Positions 40,468 through 55,009 of a DNA stretch of 64,000 nt are shown here, one piece after another. The notes under the pieces are model-generated. The model was not told where the DNA came from, did not search any database, and worked only from the letters and a program-made list of their open reading frames with translations. Both the position numbers and the translations under genes were made by a program. Origin of the DNA: Octopus sinensis (taxonomy: Eukaryota); NCBI RefSeq assembly GCF_006345805.1, contig NC_043000.1, positions 54,064,001 through 54,128,000 of the forward strand, given 5' to 3'. How positions within the stretch are numbered: position 1 is the first letter of the stretch; every line of letters begins with the position of its first letter.

Positions 40468-40471
40468 TAAG

Positions 40472-40623
40472 TGCAGGGGTCGCTCTGTGGCAAGTAGTTT
40501 GCTTACTAACTTCATGTTTCCAGGTTCAGTCACAGTGCCTGGAACCTTGGGCTTCTACTATTGCCTCGGGTCGACCAAAGCCCTGTGAGTGGATTTGGTA
40601 AATAGGAACTGAAAGAAGCCCGT

Positions 40624-40625
<2 letters not shown>
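40472..40625 (+). mobile_element. SINE family A, 5' half
   Basis: gtgcaggggtcgctctgtggcaagtag...ccaggttcagtc...ggaactgaaagaagcccg followed by (TA)n. Confidence 0.7.
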
Positions 40626-40680
<55 letters not shown>

Positions 40681-41713
40681 TGTGTGCGTGTTTGTGAGTG
40701 TGTGGTATGTGTGTGTATGCGTGTGTGTGTGTGTGTTTATATATACATGCATTCTGATGTATGTGCAGCTATATACATATATATCTCTGTGAAGCATTTG
40801 TCTTTGTATATGAGCGTGCTACCCGCGTTTATTCTGGCATCGAAATTTGAGAATATTGAATTTAACATTAGACAGAAAAAAATGTTAACTGCTATTTTAT
40901 TGGACCATTTATAAATCCATTGTAATATATACTTCTTGTTTATTGGTATAATAACTCAAATTTTATACAAAGAACGCTGTCTAAAAGTATACTGAAAATT
41001 GATCGAAGTTTACTGTGTAATTGTTCTTTTTCTACTGCTCTGAGATTAATAGATATTTTGAAATTTACCTTCATATTCTATACGTCGTAACATCTTTAGC
41101 CATTTTTATTATATATCAAGTATCTGTATTTTCGGGCTGTGTCTCATAAAATTTACTTCCTTTTGTTTAAACTATATTGTTAAGAAAATCCTTTTGGCTT
41201 ATTTCAAAACTTTATCAATACAAATTATAATTCCTGTAATATTCTTTGGATTTCCTCAAGTAATTTTCTATTTGTTGTATGTCTTTAGCTTCCATTAAAA
41301 AAAATGTTCTTAAAATTCCCAAATGATTGCTTGCTCTCCTTTATTTATTTATTGTATGGAAAATTTAAATATCTGAAAGAACAAAATGCACATATAATCC
41401 GTTTTTAATAGAAAAAAGCATCCCCGTGCCATTTGCATATAACTAATACAGCATTTTTGAGTGATTATGCATATTTTATCAATGTCCCAAGTAGGAAAAT
41501 CTATCGGAGATAGAAAGTACAGGAAAACTTTGGCTATATGTTCAATGTCAATCGGGATTTACTATAATAACATATGTTAAATAATCATTCATCTCCTCTT
41601 ACAAAGAAGGAAGGTAAGAACACAGTTATTTGTCATTTCCAGCACGTGGACTGATCGCTTAGAGACCCTTTCGTTTATAATAAATTTTAATACTATCCCA
41701 TATCATTCTACAG

Positions 41714-41845
41714 AATCTTGTCTTCACGATTCTAGCCAGAGTATGTTGCAAATACACACTCATCAAGAATCGTGCTGTGATTATGAAACGATTGTTTGTT
41801 AGTTTAGATGAAGTTGATGGCAAGCGCACACGTAACGTGTTGTAA
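41714..41845 (+). CDS. weak candidate terminal exon
   Basis: Acceptor tatcattctacag|; 43-aa open frame to TAA; AATAAA at 41855; no homolog recognised. Confidence 0.2.
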   Translation, partial: NLVFTILARVCCKYTLIKNRAVIMKRLFVSLDEVDGKRTRNVL

Positions 41846-42392
41846 CAAAATTTGAATAAAATCATATATGACTGTTGTGAACAGTGACTAGATTAAGGCT
41901 AACATTAGCTTTTATAAATCTCGCGTTACAAAATAGTTTTAACGCGGCAATAAAACATCTGGCACTACTAGTGTATGCCTCAAATAATCAACAGAAATCA
42001 AAACAGTGGACACATGGTCGTTGATGAACATGCGAAAACAGCGAAATCAAAGCAAAATCACATAAGAAACAACTTCTCTAATATAGAGAAAAGAAATTTG
42101 CATAATGTTGTCATGAATAAATTAATCTAATTAAAATACTATATCTGAAATTAGAAATGCATGTCTTAATGTTTTCGGCTGGAAGATGGCGAGTACAGAT
42201 TCCCTAATTGGAATATTTACCACGATCAGCTTATATCAGTTGTCTAGCATACTGGGTGGCGGGGTTAACTAAAATTCTTAATGATGTCTACTGAGAAATA
42301 ATTTGATTTAAATCCATGTAAAATCACAGTACACTTAATGCGTAAAAGATTAAGTGTGTGTATGTATATACATAAACACATAGTGTATGTAT

Positions 42393-44730
42393 ATGATAGC
42401 CGTCCACTCGTGACCGAGGAAGACCATCGCTGACCTTCAGAAACATTGTGCCCTCTAGGATTAGCTTATATTTTGCAATTACCGCTCCGTCGGTATCTAA
42501 TGAGCCCTACTCTTGACAAGCATACATGACTGCAAGCATTACAAACCAAGCTTTCCCCATTCACTACACGAGGAATGCGCTTTCGAGCAATACGCTTAAG
42601 TTCGTCATGCAGAATACGTGCTCTCTCAAAGGCGTCGACCGTCTCCTTAACGTGCTTCCACCATCTGTGGCGATGACAGGCATTGCTCTCCCAGTCAGTC
42701 TCCTGCATATCACAGGCCTTTAATGAGGACTTGACACAGTCCTTAAATCGCAGCCTTGGTCTCTGCCGGTGTCTCTTTCCATTCACAAGTTCCTCATATA
42801 TCATCTGCTTAGGGATCCTGCCATCTTTCATTCTAATAAGGTGTCCAATCCAACGTTTCTGGTGCTTGTGCACCATCGCCTCACTACTAATAATATCAGC
42901 TGTCTTCAGGACCTGTGTGTCTGGAGTTTTTAAGGACCAACCGATATCCAGAATGTGCCTGAGGCATCTCTGATGAACGCGTTCAAGGACCCTCACATGA
43001 AATTTGTAAAGGGTCCATGTAATACAAGAGTAAAGGAGCGATGTCAGCACACGAATAAGTGACAGGAAAACTTGAACTGGCAGCAAATTGGGTCGGATTA
43101 CAGAGACGACCAGTAGATTGATACTTGACATGTATTCCCAGAGAGCTAACCTTAGGAAAAGCATGAGTAAAAGCAGTAGCAAAGTACACAGCAATGAGAG
43201 TTGGTGCAAGGATGTCACCCTACTTGACAACATTCTCTTCAGGATTGGGTCCTGTCATGCCACCACCAACACTGACCCAAGCCCCGATCTCATCATGAAA
43301 TGATTTAATTATAGATACAAAGTGATCCGGACATCCAAGTTTATCAAGTATTTTCCACAGCAAGGACCTATTCACAGTATCAAAGGTCTTCGTCAAATCA
43401 ATGAATACCTGGATAAGATACTTATTCTGCTCATAGCACTTCTCTTGCTCCATTGTCATCAAAACAGTCTCTGTGTCTGGCGGCAGCAGATCCCAGTGTT
43501 TCAGCAGCACATTGAAGAGCCTGGTCTCGAACATCTTCCCATGCTACAGTACTTTCAATGCTGGACAAGCGAGCCTGAATCTCATTCCTCAACACATATA
43601 TCTTGTGGACATTCGGACGCCGAAGGGTCTCGTCTGGCCCTCTTCTTTCTTTCACTCTAATCATCATCCGGAACTTTGCTCGCACCTGACTGTCGTCTGT
43701 CCAGCATTCCGCTCCATGAAAGGATTTGACATTGCAAATGTCATAGATGTCAAGCTTGCAGATGATGACATAATCCAGCAAGTGCCAAACTTTAGACTTT
43801 GGATGCATACACGTATTTGAGTGATCACTTTTGTGCATAAAATGAGTGTTTGCGATGTAAAGTCCATGTTCATCGCAAAGCTCCAGCAGCAGGAGACCAT
43901 TGCTATTCGTTTTCCCTACACCAAAACGTCCTGGAGAGTTTCATTTTCACTAGTCTGCTCCGATCCTGGCATTGAAATCCCCCTCCCCAAATGACTTTAT
44001 TAGAATTAGAGATTTTCCTAAGTATGGCTCTCAGAGGGGTATAAAAAAAAAGCTTTAACGTCATCACTACTAGTCAAAGTAGGTGCATAGGCACTTATTA
44101 GAGTAGCAAACCACCCACCCTTCAGGTGTTTCATTTATGGAAACAGGAAGCTCCCCCAAGTTCTTAAGAATATCAGATTGAACTACAAAGCCAACACCAG
44201 CCTCTCTGCCTTCCTCCTTCTTCTTCCTCCCCTTCCAAAAACGTGTATCCACCTCCTACTTACTGAAACTGACCATAACCTTCTATACAAGTCTCTGAAA
44301 GTGCAGCTACATCAATGTTATAGCGGTTCAGTGCAGTGCGTCTTTCAGGCCTAAAATCACTCTTGTTATCCAACAGAGTACGCACATTCCAACATGAGAT
44401 GTTCAAGTCCCATCCAGATTTCGTAAATAATAGTCTCTTTGTTTTTCGATCGCAGGTTGGGCATTCGTCTGTCGCGCTAAACTGACCAGATATAGAAAGA
44501 CAGGCAATTTTTGGTTCACTTTTTCAGAACCTCCTCAGGCCTCAAGTGAGGAGAGCCCTCTCCAAATGGAGCTGTTTAGACACCCATGCAGCAACTGAAT
44601 CCTACCGCTGTTTTGGGCGACAAGGAGACGACTTTATATCTAGCATGGGCCACCTACGTGCAGGTCGCTGACTACATGCTTCCAACCCGTCAGATTTGCA
44701 TGCCTCGCCACCTTCCAAGCCCGCAGGACT
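42393..44730 (-). mobile_element. RTE (BovB-like) LINE, decayed, with internal deletions
   Basis: APE: CWNVRTLLDN, YNIDVAALSET, GVGFVV, AYAPT, HPKSKVWHLLDYVI; RT: FIDLTKTFDTVNR; C-terminus: LTSLLYSCITWTLYK...HQRCLRHIL...RWIGHLIRMKDGRIPKQMIY. Confidence 0.9.
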
Positions 44731-47207
44731 TCCGAATAAAAATATAATAAATATATATAGCATGAAAATTAAACAGCACCTATCGAGTAGAGGTCAGCAA
44801 TGCCTGTGCATAGTTTTAGGTCCAATAAAGCTTGCATGACACCTCACAGTCCCTTTTCACTTTATTGACATTGTCCAGAGACAAGCCAGAGCAAGGTGTC
44901 TGGTGCCAATATGAATCAGAGACTCAGGGGTGTGGGAGCGCCATGATCTCTAGCACAAACCAAAGATCCCCAAAATGTCCAATGCCATTCCCTGCATATC
45001 TGGTTTTATATCAGAGTGACCTTCTCTAGAGACATGCTTAAACAGAAGCTTACTCGTGCCTCACTCCCAGCGGTCTTTCAGCACGCCGGACACCATCCCG
45101 GAATTCCTGCGTACCCAAGCTATTGCTAGATAGCCGTTGAGCCTGCTCTAGGTTCATCAGACCTTTCAACAGGTCTTGTTTTTAATCTTGCTGAGTTTCT
45201 AGCAACCCTCCTCACCAGGGTAGCCTAGTGGGGGTGCCTGTTTATTCGCCGACAACCCGACCGTGCAACAGGTTCCATGTTACCAGTAACACTTATGAGA
45301 GGCTCATAAGTGACCTGATATGCATAAACACAGTGTATGGATACATACATACATACATATGCATGTGTGTGTCTGTGATTGTGTGTGTGTATGGCTGTGT
45401 CTATGATTGTGTGTATGTATCTGTGTCTGTGATTGTGTGTGTGTGCGTATACGCGTGAGTGTGTGTATATGTACGTCCGTATGTATGTTTAATGGTCTTC
45501 TGTTTATACAACTACTTTTAAACGTTCATCCCAGATTGATGACTAAATTTGGCATTGCGCTGCATTTAGTATTTGAACAAGTTTCATTTAGGTTACCTAT
45601 ATAAAGAGGACATTTGAAGGGATACGTTTAGGTTTAGCTGGCTTTTGGAAAATAGGTCCAAATCTTGCTAAGTTTCACTTGGTACATTGATGGTGTATTA
45701 GGAACGAAATTTTTTTCTTTCTAAGTATTAATGCTATAAAATCGGTGCCAGATATTATTTCTTATGAATTTCATTAAAATCTAACTCTTAGACATGTGGA
45801 AAGTGAAATCCAAGTCTATAATCTGACCCCTCATGTTTTGTAAGATGAATAATATATTTTGAACATTTATTTTATTATTCAATTTAACTTTATATTTCCT
45901 CAGTTTGACAAATAAATGCAGATTTTATTTTAAAGACCTCTATTAGCGATATTCCTCTATTCAATTTGAAATAGTAGAAATATATTTTTGAAGTATTGTT
46001 AGAATTAGAAAACGTTGAAAATTTGACAAAACTCTAAAAAATATAACATAAAATGATAAAATTTTTAATTGGGAGAGTAGAAAATTTAGACAAAAATGTC
46101 AAAAGTGATATTGGTAATGTATCATCCGAAATAACCACAAAGCAAAGCTTACAAGCTAAATTTAGTTTTTGCTAATTATGTCTGACTTTGTCCGCCATAA
46201 ATTATTAGCAATCAAAGGAAGTTGTAAAATAATTATATAATAGAAATGGAATTGTAAAATGTCTTTTATAATTTAAACCAACATCTTTTCTACTGTTATA
46301 TTATATAATTACTCGGCTTCAAGAGAAAGATAATGGAATTTTATGGAGCAGTGGTTTATTTGATTATTTAATCAAGAATATGTGAACAAATGTAACAGGC
46401 AATAATCACGATCGTATACACTACATAATCAAGAGTTTTTTCTCGAACCGATACGGCCAAAAAGAAGACTTCAATAAAGGAACACTGTGTTTGCCGAGTG
46501 ATTTGAAGTTGTAAGCAAAATATATTACTTAGGATAGGGTTCAGTAAGACTTGGAAAACCATTATGTTATCTAGATTCAAGGGTTATCTTAAAATTAAAA
46601 ATTTTCTTCCCATTGGCAATTTCAGTAAAGTTTCAGAAAATGTACAAATCATACTTCATGTAGATAAGTGGTTCGTATTATGCAAAGAAAATCTCTTGAA
46701 AATACTTTACTATAATATTATATGGTGTATTCAGAAATGAGGAGTTTCTTTCTGGGCAGATTAAACATAGCTTGGAATCTAATTAATATAAACCTTTATG
46801 TAGGTATCAAAACTCAGTCACAATTCAGTGTTTGTAGTGTCTATATTTGCAACTTAATAAGAAGTTACAGTTTTTCCATTTGGACGGATATGAGCTGATT
46901 TCATTAAAGTATTATCTCGAGTAATATACATTAACATTCATTACACACAACTTATATCCTACGAGCAAGTGCTTCATGTGACAGAAAGTCAAACGATTTA
47001 AAATTCTTTGCTTAGGTAATCTACGGTAAAATCTAAAATGTAACTATTTTAGAGTGTTAAAACAGGGTTAGGTTGAATTGTAGCATATTCTATCTCTTAT
47101 ATGTCTACAAATGAAATTCGTTTTACATATACAAGTGTCAAAACGATGTAACTCACAGACGCTAACCCGAATAGTATATCTGAATTTTTAAATCTGTAAA
47201 TTAAATA

Positions 47208-47418
47208 TTGATTTCAAATTTCGGCACATGGCCAGTAATCTTGAGCAAGGGATAAATCGATTACATACACCACAGCGTTCATCTGCCGCTTGTGTTATCG
47301 ACCCAGAAGAAACGAAAGGCAAAGTCGACATCGGCGGAATGTAATCTCAGAAGGTAAAGACGAAGGAAAAGCCGCAAAACATTTGTCCGACGTGCTAACG
47401 ATTGTGCCATGTCGCCGT
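47208..47418 (-). mobile_element. SINE family B
   Basis: atttcaaatttcggcacatggccag...ggcaaagtcgacatcggcggaat...gtgctaacgatt. Confidence 0.65.
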
Positions 47419-50400
47419 TTTAATCTGTAACGTAAATATTGAAATTGCTTTCTTAAATGATAAAACTTAGATCTATTAGGTACTTCCATATTTGGCGTGG
47501 CATCTACAAACACTATGTTATCAACTTCTTAGTTATTGGGCATGTTGTATCCTTAGATATTTTTGTCTCTTGCATCTCAAAATTTATTACGGTATAGAGA
47601 GTGTATACTACCTATTGTCACTTCTTAGACAATGTCAAAGCATTTTTGCTTCCTTTATACATAATGACATCCTGATATAATCAGAGGATTGCATTTGTAT
47701 GGAATTTCTAGTTATGCTTCAACTACTCATGAGTTTTGAATTTGAGTCACTACATCTACTACTACCTGTCTTCTTAGTAGATAATTGTAGGTAAGATGAT
47801 AAAGTACCCGTTATTTTTCCGTTTTTTAGTTTGGAATATTTGTAACTCCTTTGTTACATTTACGATCTCTGCCAGAAAAGATTAAGTTTGGTAAATCGGA
47901 ATTAAATTTGAAATTCACAAAAAATTCCACTTCTACAATGTTCAAAGAACATCAATAAATTAGCGCTGCAGGCTTAAGTTTTGAAATAAACAAAAATGTA
48001 AATTTACTCAAATATTACAAAAAGAAACTGATCTGACCACGGACTAAGCACATTGTACTTTAAGATAACATATGTAAATTTAAATATTTTGAAGAAACAT
48101 AGATGACAAAAAAGATTGGGAAATATAAAAAAAAACACAGAAAGAAAACAAAGCCAGCTAAGTGTATGAAAACTTATCAGTAAATGATTTTTAACTAATG
48201 CCGTGGAATTAAGTCAGCGAGTTGGTCGCAGATGTGCACTGAGATTTTAGAAAATTCATAATAGATTATACTATTTATAATTAAACGGAAAGTGAATACA
48301 GTAGATTAGGTGTTTTCTTAAAGGGTTACAATTAACCTTTCACTATATATCTGTGATATGTATGTGTGCATATTAGTGTGTTAATTTAAATCTTAAAGAA
48401 ATCTAGAAATTCTACAATCTACTTTGTATTGCTAGCTTACAAAAGTATCATATTTTAAAATGTTCGCATTCATGTGCAATTCCGAAGAGAGTAATTTATA
48501 TATTTATATTGATACCATTCTTAATGCCAATACAATTACAAGAATAGACTAAGTGAGTCGATAAAGCGCTTTTTCTAGCAAGAAATATATCACAAATAAA
48601 TCTCAACTCATTATTTGTTCTGTAATAAAATATCTTAAGAGGATAGACGTTGTTTGTCTCTAAGTGAAAACAAATTCACAGTAGATTATTAAAATTGCTT
48701 TCAGTGGAAGCAGACTTGAAAGTACTGATTATATGTTGATTGTTACGTCAAGGATTATAGCAACATTTGGAAGTAATCCTGAAATGCAATTCAACGAAGA
48801 TAAACAAAATACAACAAAAATTATATAAATAGATAATATATTTAATAACTACGTTGTGTTCATAATACCTAAACTGAAAATATACAAGTAAAAATGGTAA
48901 TGTTTTCATTGAATTAAGGTGAAATATGATGTAGATTGAATATTTAATCATCCAAATTATTGTCAAGAAAATGGAGTAATAGGTAAATATTTTCAATCCT
49001 TTATTATTGAACTTCATAGAATATATACATAATTCCAAGGGCTACCGATTTGATAAAATGCATAAAATTATTCATATCTATTGATATAAGATCTTTTCTT
49101 TTTTATTCTTGTATATGAAACACATTGATATTCATGAATTCCAGGGGGATAGCTGAATGCTTTTGTAGATATCGTACTGAACTAATTTGTATATTTAGTA
49201 TATATTTCAAATAAATTCTTACCATACTGAAATTGCTTCTGGTCATTTCCCCACTTACGCCAGACCTCTTTTATATGTAGATATTGCAGACTTTACAAAT
49301 CAAATCAAAAATATATTTATATCATTTCTGTTAAGTGAGTGTCTAGAATGTGTCCAAAATTCTCGGCATTTACATTTGTCTGATTGAAATTAGATAAAAA
49401 AAAACAATATGTCAAAGACTAAAGATGTTAATACTGTATTCAAGAATGCTTTGGGCTTAGAGAAAAATTGAATTTACCAACATATAGACGGAGCGGCAGT
49501 ATCATCATTAATATTAAAATGTTAGAGGGCATCTATATAAGCTGCTCTTAACATTTCGATGTAGAATGTTCAAAATACGAGGCTCAGAATGAGTTTAGGA
49601 TATGCTGAAGGAATGTTTGTAATCTAACGACATTAAACAGACAACGTAGTTCTCGAAGATCCCATGAAACCACCAAGCAAAACATCACTAAACTGCCATT
49701 ATGCAGTGTCCTGGAGAAAGGGTGGAATCAGATGCCAAAATATCTGTGTATTGAGTATATACATAAATTGAATCTCTGTGACCAATCATGCAGAGTATTT
49801 AGGAAAATTATCGGAAATGTGAATATTATATTATATAGCAATCTATGCTTCAGGTTATGCAGAAAAGGAAACTCAGTGACACGATAAAACAAAAGTTGCC
49901 ACTACGATAGAGCATGAGTTCTTTTCTGAGTAAGTCAGAATATCTGCAACACGAATATAGCAACAGTATTCGAATATAACAGAAATTAACCTAAATAGCT
50001 AAAATAAACTTGTAATGTTTTGTACATTTTAAGTGAATGTAATTGAGGTTAAAACACTTCCAAAAGTGTGTAAAATAAAAATAATCATACCGTACTTCAT
50101 GATTTTACATTTACTGTGCTTTCTTTGAGTTTGAATTTAAGTAAAAGAACCCGAGGTTAAGTGAGAAGTGAATTTCATTAGAATAGCGTTGGTAACAACC
50201 ATGAAGCGTAATTTCAAGATGAGGAAGTGTCAAATTCGAAACTTTAAATATATTGAGTTTACATTGATTTCACATTATTAGTAGCTTTCATAGCTCATTA
50301 TACTTATATCCAAACGCGTCGTCTATGCGATTTCAACAAGATCCAAATATCTGATCGAAATAGCAAGCACATCTACTTCGAAATTTATTCTGCTTGTTAA

Positions 50401-50536
50401 GAGGAAGGTATATTACATTGGTCATTAATATTCTAGTTGTACAATAAGTTATGGAATGATTATGACTAAAAAACCGTTGATGAATCATTTGTTCCATCAA
50501 AGCGTAGTTGGGGGCTACTCAACAACTTGTACTTGA

Positions 50537-50602
<66 letters not shown>

Positions 50603-51287
50603 AAATGCAGTTAAACGCAGGCGTTATTCAAATATTCATGCTTCCGTCTTTTCTCCTGCGTTATTTGTACACATTGAAAACATACACATGCATCAGGTGT
50701 GAGAAGTAAATTCAGACCTCACGCAACTGCTCACTGTAAACAAATCATTCAGCAAAAGCTGAACCCTCATACGTCTAATCCGACGGGAGAGTTCATCTCA
50801 CACACACACATACACACACACACACATACACACACATACAAACACACACACAAACACACACACACACATACATAATACATACATATATGTACATACATAT
50901 ATTTATGTATATATTATATACATACATAATACACTTTTCCCAATTTGTTTGCTCTCTCATGTCTACGTATTCTACAAAAACTCAACATGACAGAACGTTT
51001 AGTAATGTACATTCACAATATTCTTCGCCGAATATTTGCTTTGATATTATGTATCCTTGTGTAACTCATAGAATTTTATGTGAACATTTGATCGTTGAAA
51101 AATGTTCGATTTCTACTGCTTAATTTTAAATTCTGTTAAAAATCCCCTTGTTTTACATACATTTGTACCATTGATAAACAAAAATTTGTTGAAATTAGTT
51201 TATGTATGTGAATACGTCTATTTAAAAACAATTACCCTTTTCCAAATTCAGGTGCATTTAAAAAAACCCGAAGCGAATTCTTCCCCC

Positions 51288-51357
<70 letters not shown>

Positions 51358-52364
51358 GAACGCACGTTTGATTCATACACACTATACTTAGATGTTTAGT
51401 ATTCATGGGACAAATACGAAATAAATAAATATTTAAATTGTTTAATATGTTGTATTACTTGTTACTGATGTTTACTCCAGGTCAATGTCATTATGTAAAC
51501 ATCTCATCAAATTCGGTACGATCATATATCTCGCTTCCGTTCTTCGAGTTTGAAGGCCAGCATGAATTAGCTATTTTGCTATTTCACTTTATCAAGTCAC
51601 TAGAATAAATTTGAGGTGTTTGGTTACTATATTTGCAGGTCGAGTAACCATGTTTAGATTTCCCCAAATGTTTGTCTTCGGTCCGAAATAAGAATTAAGA
51701 AATCTGATTTTCATTTGATCATGTTTGTATTATTACTGATATTGATCCTGGCTCCGTGTCAAAACTGAGAAACAATTATTACTGATGCTGATGTTAACGT
51801 ATACACTCAAAAGAAATAAAGTGAAAAAGACATACGATCAAATGCATATGAGAAGTTTCAACGCATTTCATTACAGAATACATAAGAGACATTTTCTTGA
51901 TAGAGAGATAGAGAAAAAGAGAGAGAGACGGGCAGACAGACACAGAGACACAAGGAGAAACACTCAAATAGAAAGAGTTTAATTGTGTAGTAAATAGTTT
52001 AATATTGTAACGATATGCAAGGAGCAAACCTTTTGAATAAAAATATTGTGTCGAGTCAAATGTTTGCCATATTTTGGTAATATATTTGCTTTATTTGTCA
52101 AATTACAATAAAAGTAGCTTATATTCAAATTAGAGGACATCATGTTACAGCAGCTGAAGCCACTTACCAGTTATGGTTCTTCAAGGCGAAGAACTACTTC
52201 AATGAAGCTTCTACCTCCTCTTAGTTGACGAAGTGTCGCAAGCTCAAGAAGTGAACCATGGATCGGGCCATGTATTAATTGAAAAGAGACAGCTTTCCGC
52301 AATCCAAACATGCATAAGCTATAGTTAATGGCAAGCTTCCAGAATGTGTCGCCAAACATGAATA

Positions 52365-52915
52365 TTTCGAACACATAGTGATGTTCTGTGTCTAGAGTAA
52401 ATTATGAGGGGAGGGGGCAATTAATTGATTTCTCTTCGGATGGTCGAACCATCGATGCAAACCTATACTCCAAACAATTTGAGTAGATGTATGCCAATGT
52501 GCAGTAAAAATACCCGGCATCTTTTTACAAAAAGCGGATTCCTTGGTGATAAGACAATGCTAAATCTCAAACCGCTCGAACGACATGAAATAAACTCGTG
52601 AATTCTCGAGAGAATTGAACTGATGCTACAACCAGCATATAGTCAGGATCTAGCACCCTCCTATTTTCCCCCGATCAATGGCTCACTTCCAGCGCACACG
52701 ACGCTTCATCAGCTAACGGAAGATTGAATATTCAGTGAAGGAGTTCTTAACCTCGAAGGACTGGAACTGTTATCACCGTGGTATCAAAGAAGTGGTAGAA
52801 AGTTTCTCCCAGACGTTGCAAAACGGTAGCTTCTACTTCGAAAGCTAGACTACTTTTGTTTTAACTTAACGAATAAAGGAACTGAGTTGCGAAAATATTC
52901 AAAACTCAACACTAT
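52365..52915 (+). mobile_element. mariner transposase pseudogene, 3' half
   Basis: DGRTIDANLYSKQ; PAYSQDLAPSYF (YSPDLAP motif, 52631-52666); KEFLTSKDWNCYHRGIKE. Confidence 0.8.
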
Positions 52916-53348
52916 ATATCAGTCATTATATTCTGTAATCATTTCTAGTGATTTTATAACAACTAATCTCTAGTGATACAAACGATATATGTTCTGGGTT
53001 TACTACTCCAGTATAAAAGTTCATACTTCGTAGTTTACCTTTTTGATTGATAGATTTCCTATATTCCACTACCAATAACTTATGTCAAATCTTATTGTCT
53101 TCTGTAGTTTGTATATGTGTATGTAAGTCCCATAAGATATCCGTTAATACAAATATAATATAATAACACTATATAACCTATCTATCAATCATAACAGATT
53201 CATAACAGACTCAATTTTCATTTTGCTTGAGAATATTAAGCTTTCATCCTTTCGATTATTTTACATTCTTCTCTCTCGAACGATGTATACATACATATAC
53301 ACATTCATACATACATACATATACACATTCATACATACTTAAATGTGA

Positions 53349-53683
53349 AGGCGCATCGCTCAGTGGTTAGAGCATCGAGCTTACGATCGTGAGGTTGTGA
53401 GCTCAAATTCCGAACTAGGCTGCGTGTTGTGTTCTTGAGCAAGACACTTTATTTCACGTTGCTCCAGTTCACTCAGCTGTAGAAATTGAGTTGCGACGTC
53501 ACAGGAGCCACGCTGTATCGGCCCTTGCCTTTCCCTTGGATAACACTGGTGGCATGGAGAGGGGAGGCTGGCATGCATGGGTGAATGCTGGTCTTCCATA
53601 AACAACCTTGACCAGACTTGTGCCTGGGAGGGTAACTTTATAGGTGCAATCCCATGGTCAGTGTCCTGACGGAAGGGGGTCTC
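53349..53683 (+). mobile_element. tRNA-derived SINE with CORE-like central segment
   Basis: A-box-like tcgctcagtgg; B-box-like gagctcaaattcc; tgtgttcttgagcaagacacttt. Confidence 0.7.
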
Positions 53684-54090
53684 AGACATACTTAAATACC
53701 TACCTACCTACATATATACATACATACACATATACACACATGCTTACATACAGTGACGTAGGTGCTCACACATGTATTTTCATACATATGCATATAATTA
53801 TACATACATATATAAGTTTCGGGATTTTAGAAAAATAAAAATAAAAAATAAGTGGAAATTTTACCGGTGAGTGTGTTACATTTTAAGGCACAAAAAATGA
53901 CTCTCCCCAGACACAACAGTACATATATGAGTATATGTGTAAATAGGTATGTGTGTGCGTTTGTTTGTACATATGTATATAAAAATGAAGGATTAGAACT
54001 TAACATTGGCTCCTCTAGTAATTTCGCGAAAATAAGAACGCAATACATTTTGGCAGATTCGAATAACCCTATTTTAAAACTGTTAACCCT

Positions 54091-54479
54091 ATGTGGAAGC
54101 ACTCCGTCGGTTACGACGATGAGGATTCCGGTTGATCCGAATCAACGGAACAGCCTGCTCGTGAAATTAACGTGTAAGTGGCTGAACACTTCACAGACAC
54201 GTGCACCCTTAACGTAGTTCTCGGGGATATTCAGCGTGACACAGAGAGTGACAAGGCCGGCCCCTTGAAATACAGGTACAACAGAAACAGGAAGTAAGAG
54301 TGAGAGAAAGTTGTGGTGAAAGAGTACAGCAGGGATCACCACCATCCCCTGCCGGGGCCTCGTGGAGCTTTTAGGTGTTTTCGCTCAATAAACACTCACA
54401 ACGCCCGGTCTGGGAATCGAAACCGCGATCCTATGACCGCGAGTCCGCTGCCCTAACCACTGGGCCATTGCACCTCCAC
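54091..54479 (-). mobile_element. well-preserved tRNA(Arg)-like-head SINE
   Basis: Reverse complement: tggcccagtggttagggcagcggactcgcggtc...ggtttcgattccc followed by ~320 bp of body. Confidence 0.8.
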
Positions 54480-54913
54480 GGACACATATATGCAAGTATG
54501 ACTATGAATGATTATGTGTCCGCAGGATATGTGAGTGTCTAGAACTGTAATATAATACGCTCACAAGTGTGTATTCACAATTTTATTATTATGTTATTTC
54601 GGATTTCAGTTGTTTACTCTTCGGTGTCAACTCGACGTTCACGTAAGTCAGTCATAAATTGAGCGTACAACTGTAAACTGAATTACGGAAGAATTGTTAG
54701 TGTAAGCTTGGGGACTGCATTATGTTATTGTACGGTAATAGGTACTGTGTTGAGTTCTCTGATCTCTTACGTATAGCAATCACTGATGCATACATATATA
54801 AATATACATTTATATACATGTGTTTCTGTATGTGTGTGTGTGTGTGTGTATAATAAGGGTCGCTTGTTAGCAATTTCTCCACCGAAAGGCAAAAATATAT
54901 ACGTCACTAAAGC

Positions 54914-54929
54914 GATAATAATAATAATG

Positions 54930-55008
<79 letters not shown>
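54914..55008. repeat. (AAT)n microsatellite
   Basis: Directly visible. Confidence 0.95.

Positions 55009-55009
<1 letters not shown>

Noticed and set aside
46333-46515. Signal-peptide-like ORF MEFYGAVVYLII...
   Set aside because: Terminates at TAA after 12 codons; joining it to the downstream open frame needs a frameshift plus a stop fix
53349-53420. tRNA gene (also 54405-54479 on the minus strand)
   Set aside because: tRNA-like heads continue into SINE bodies; no intact acceptor stem or terminator seen
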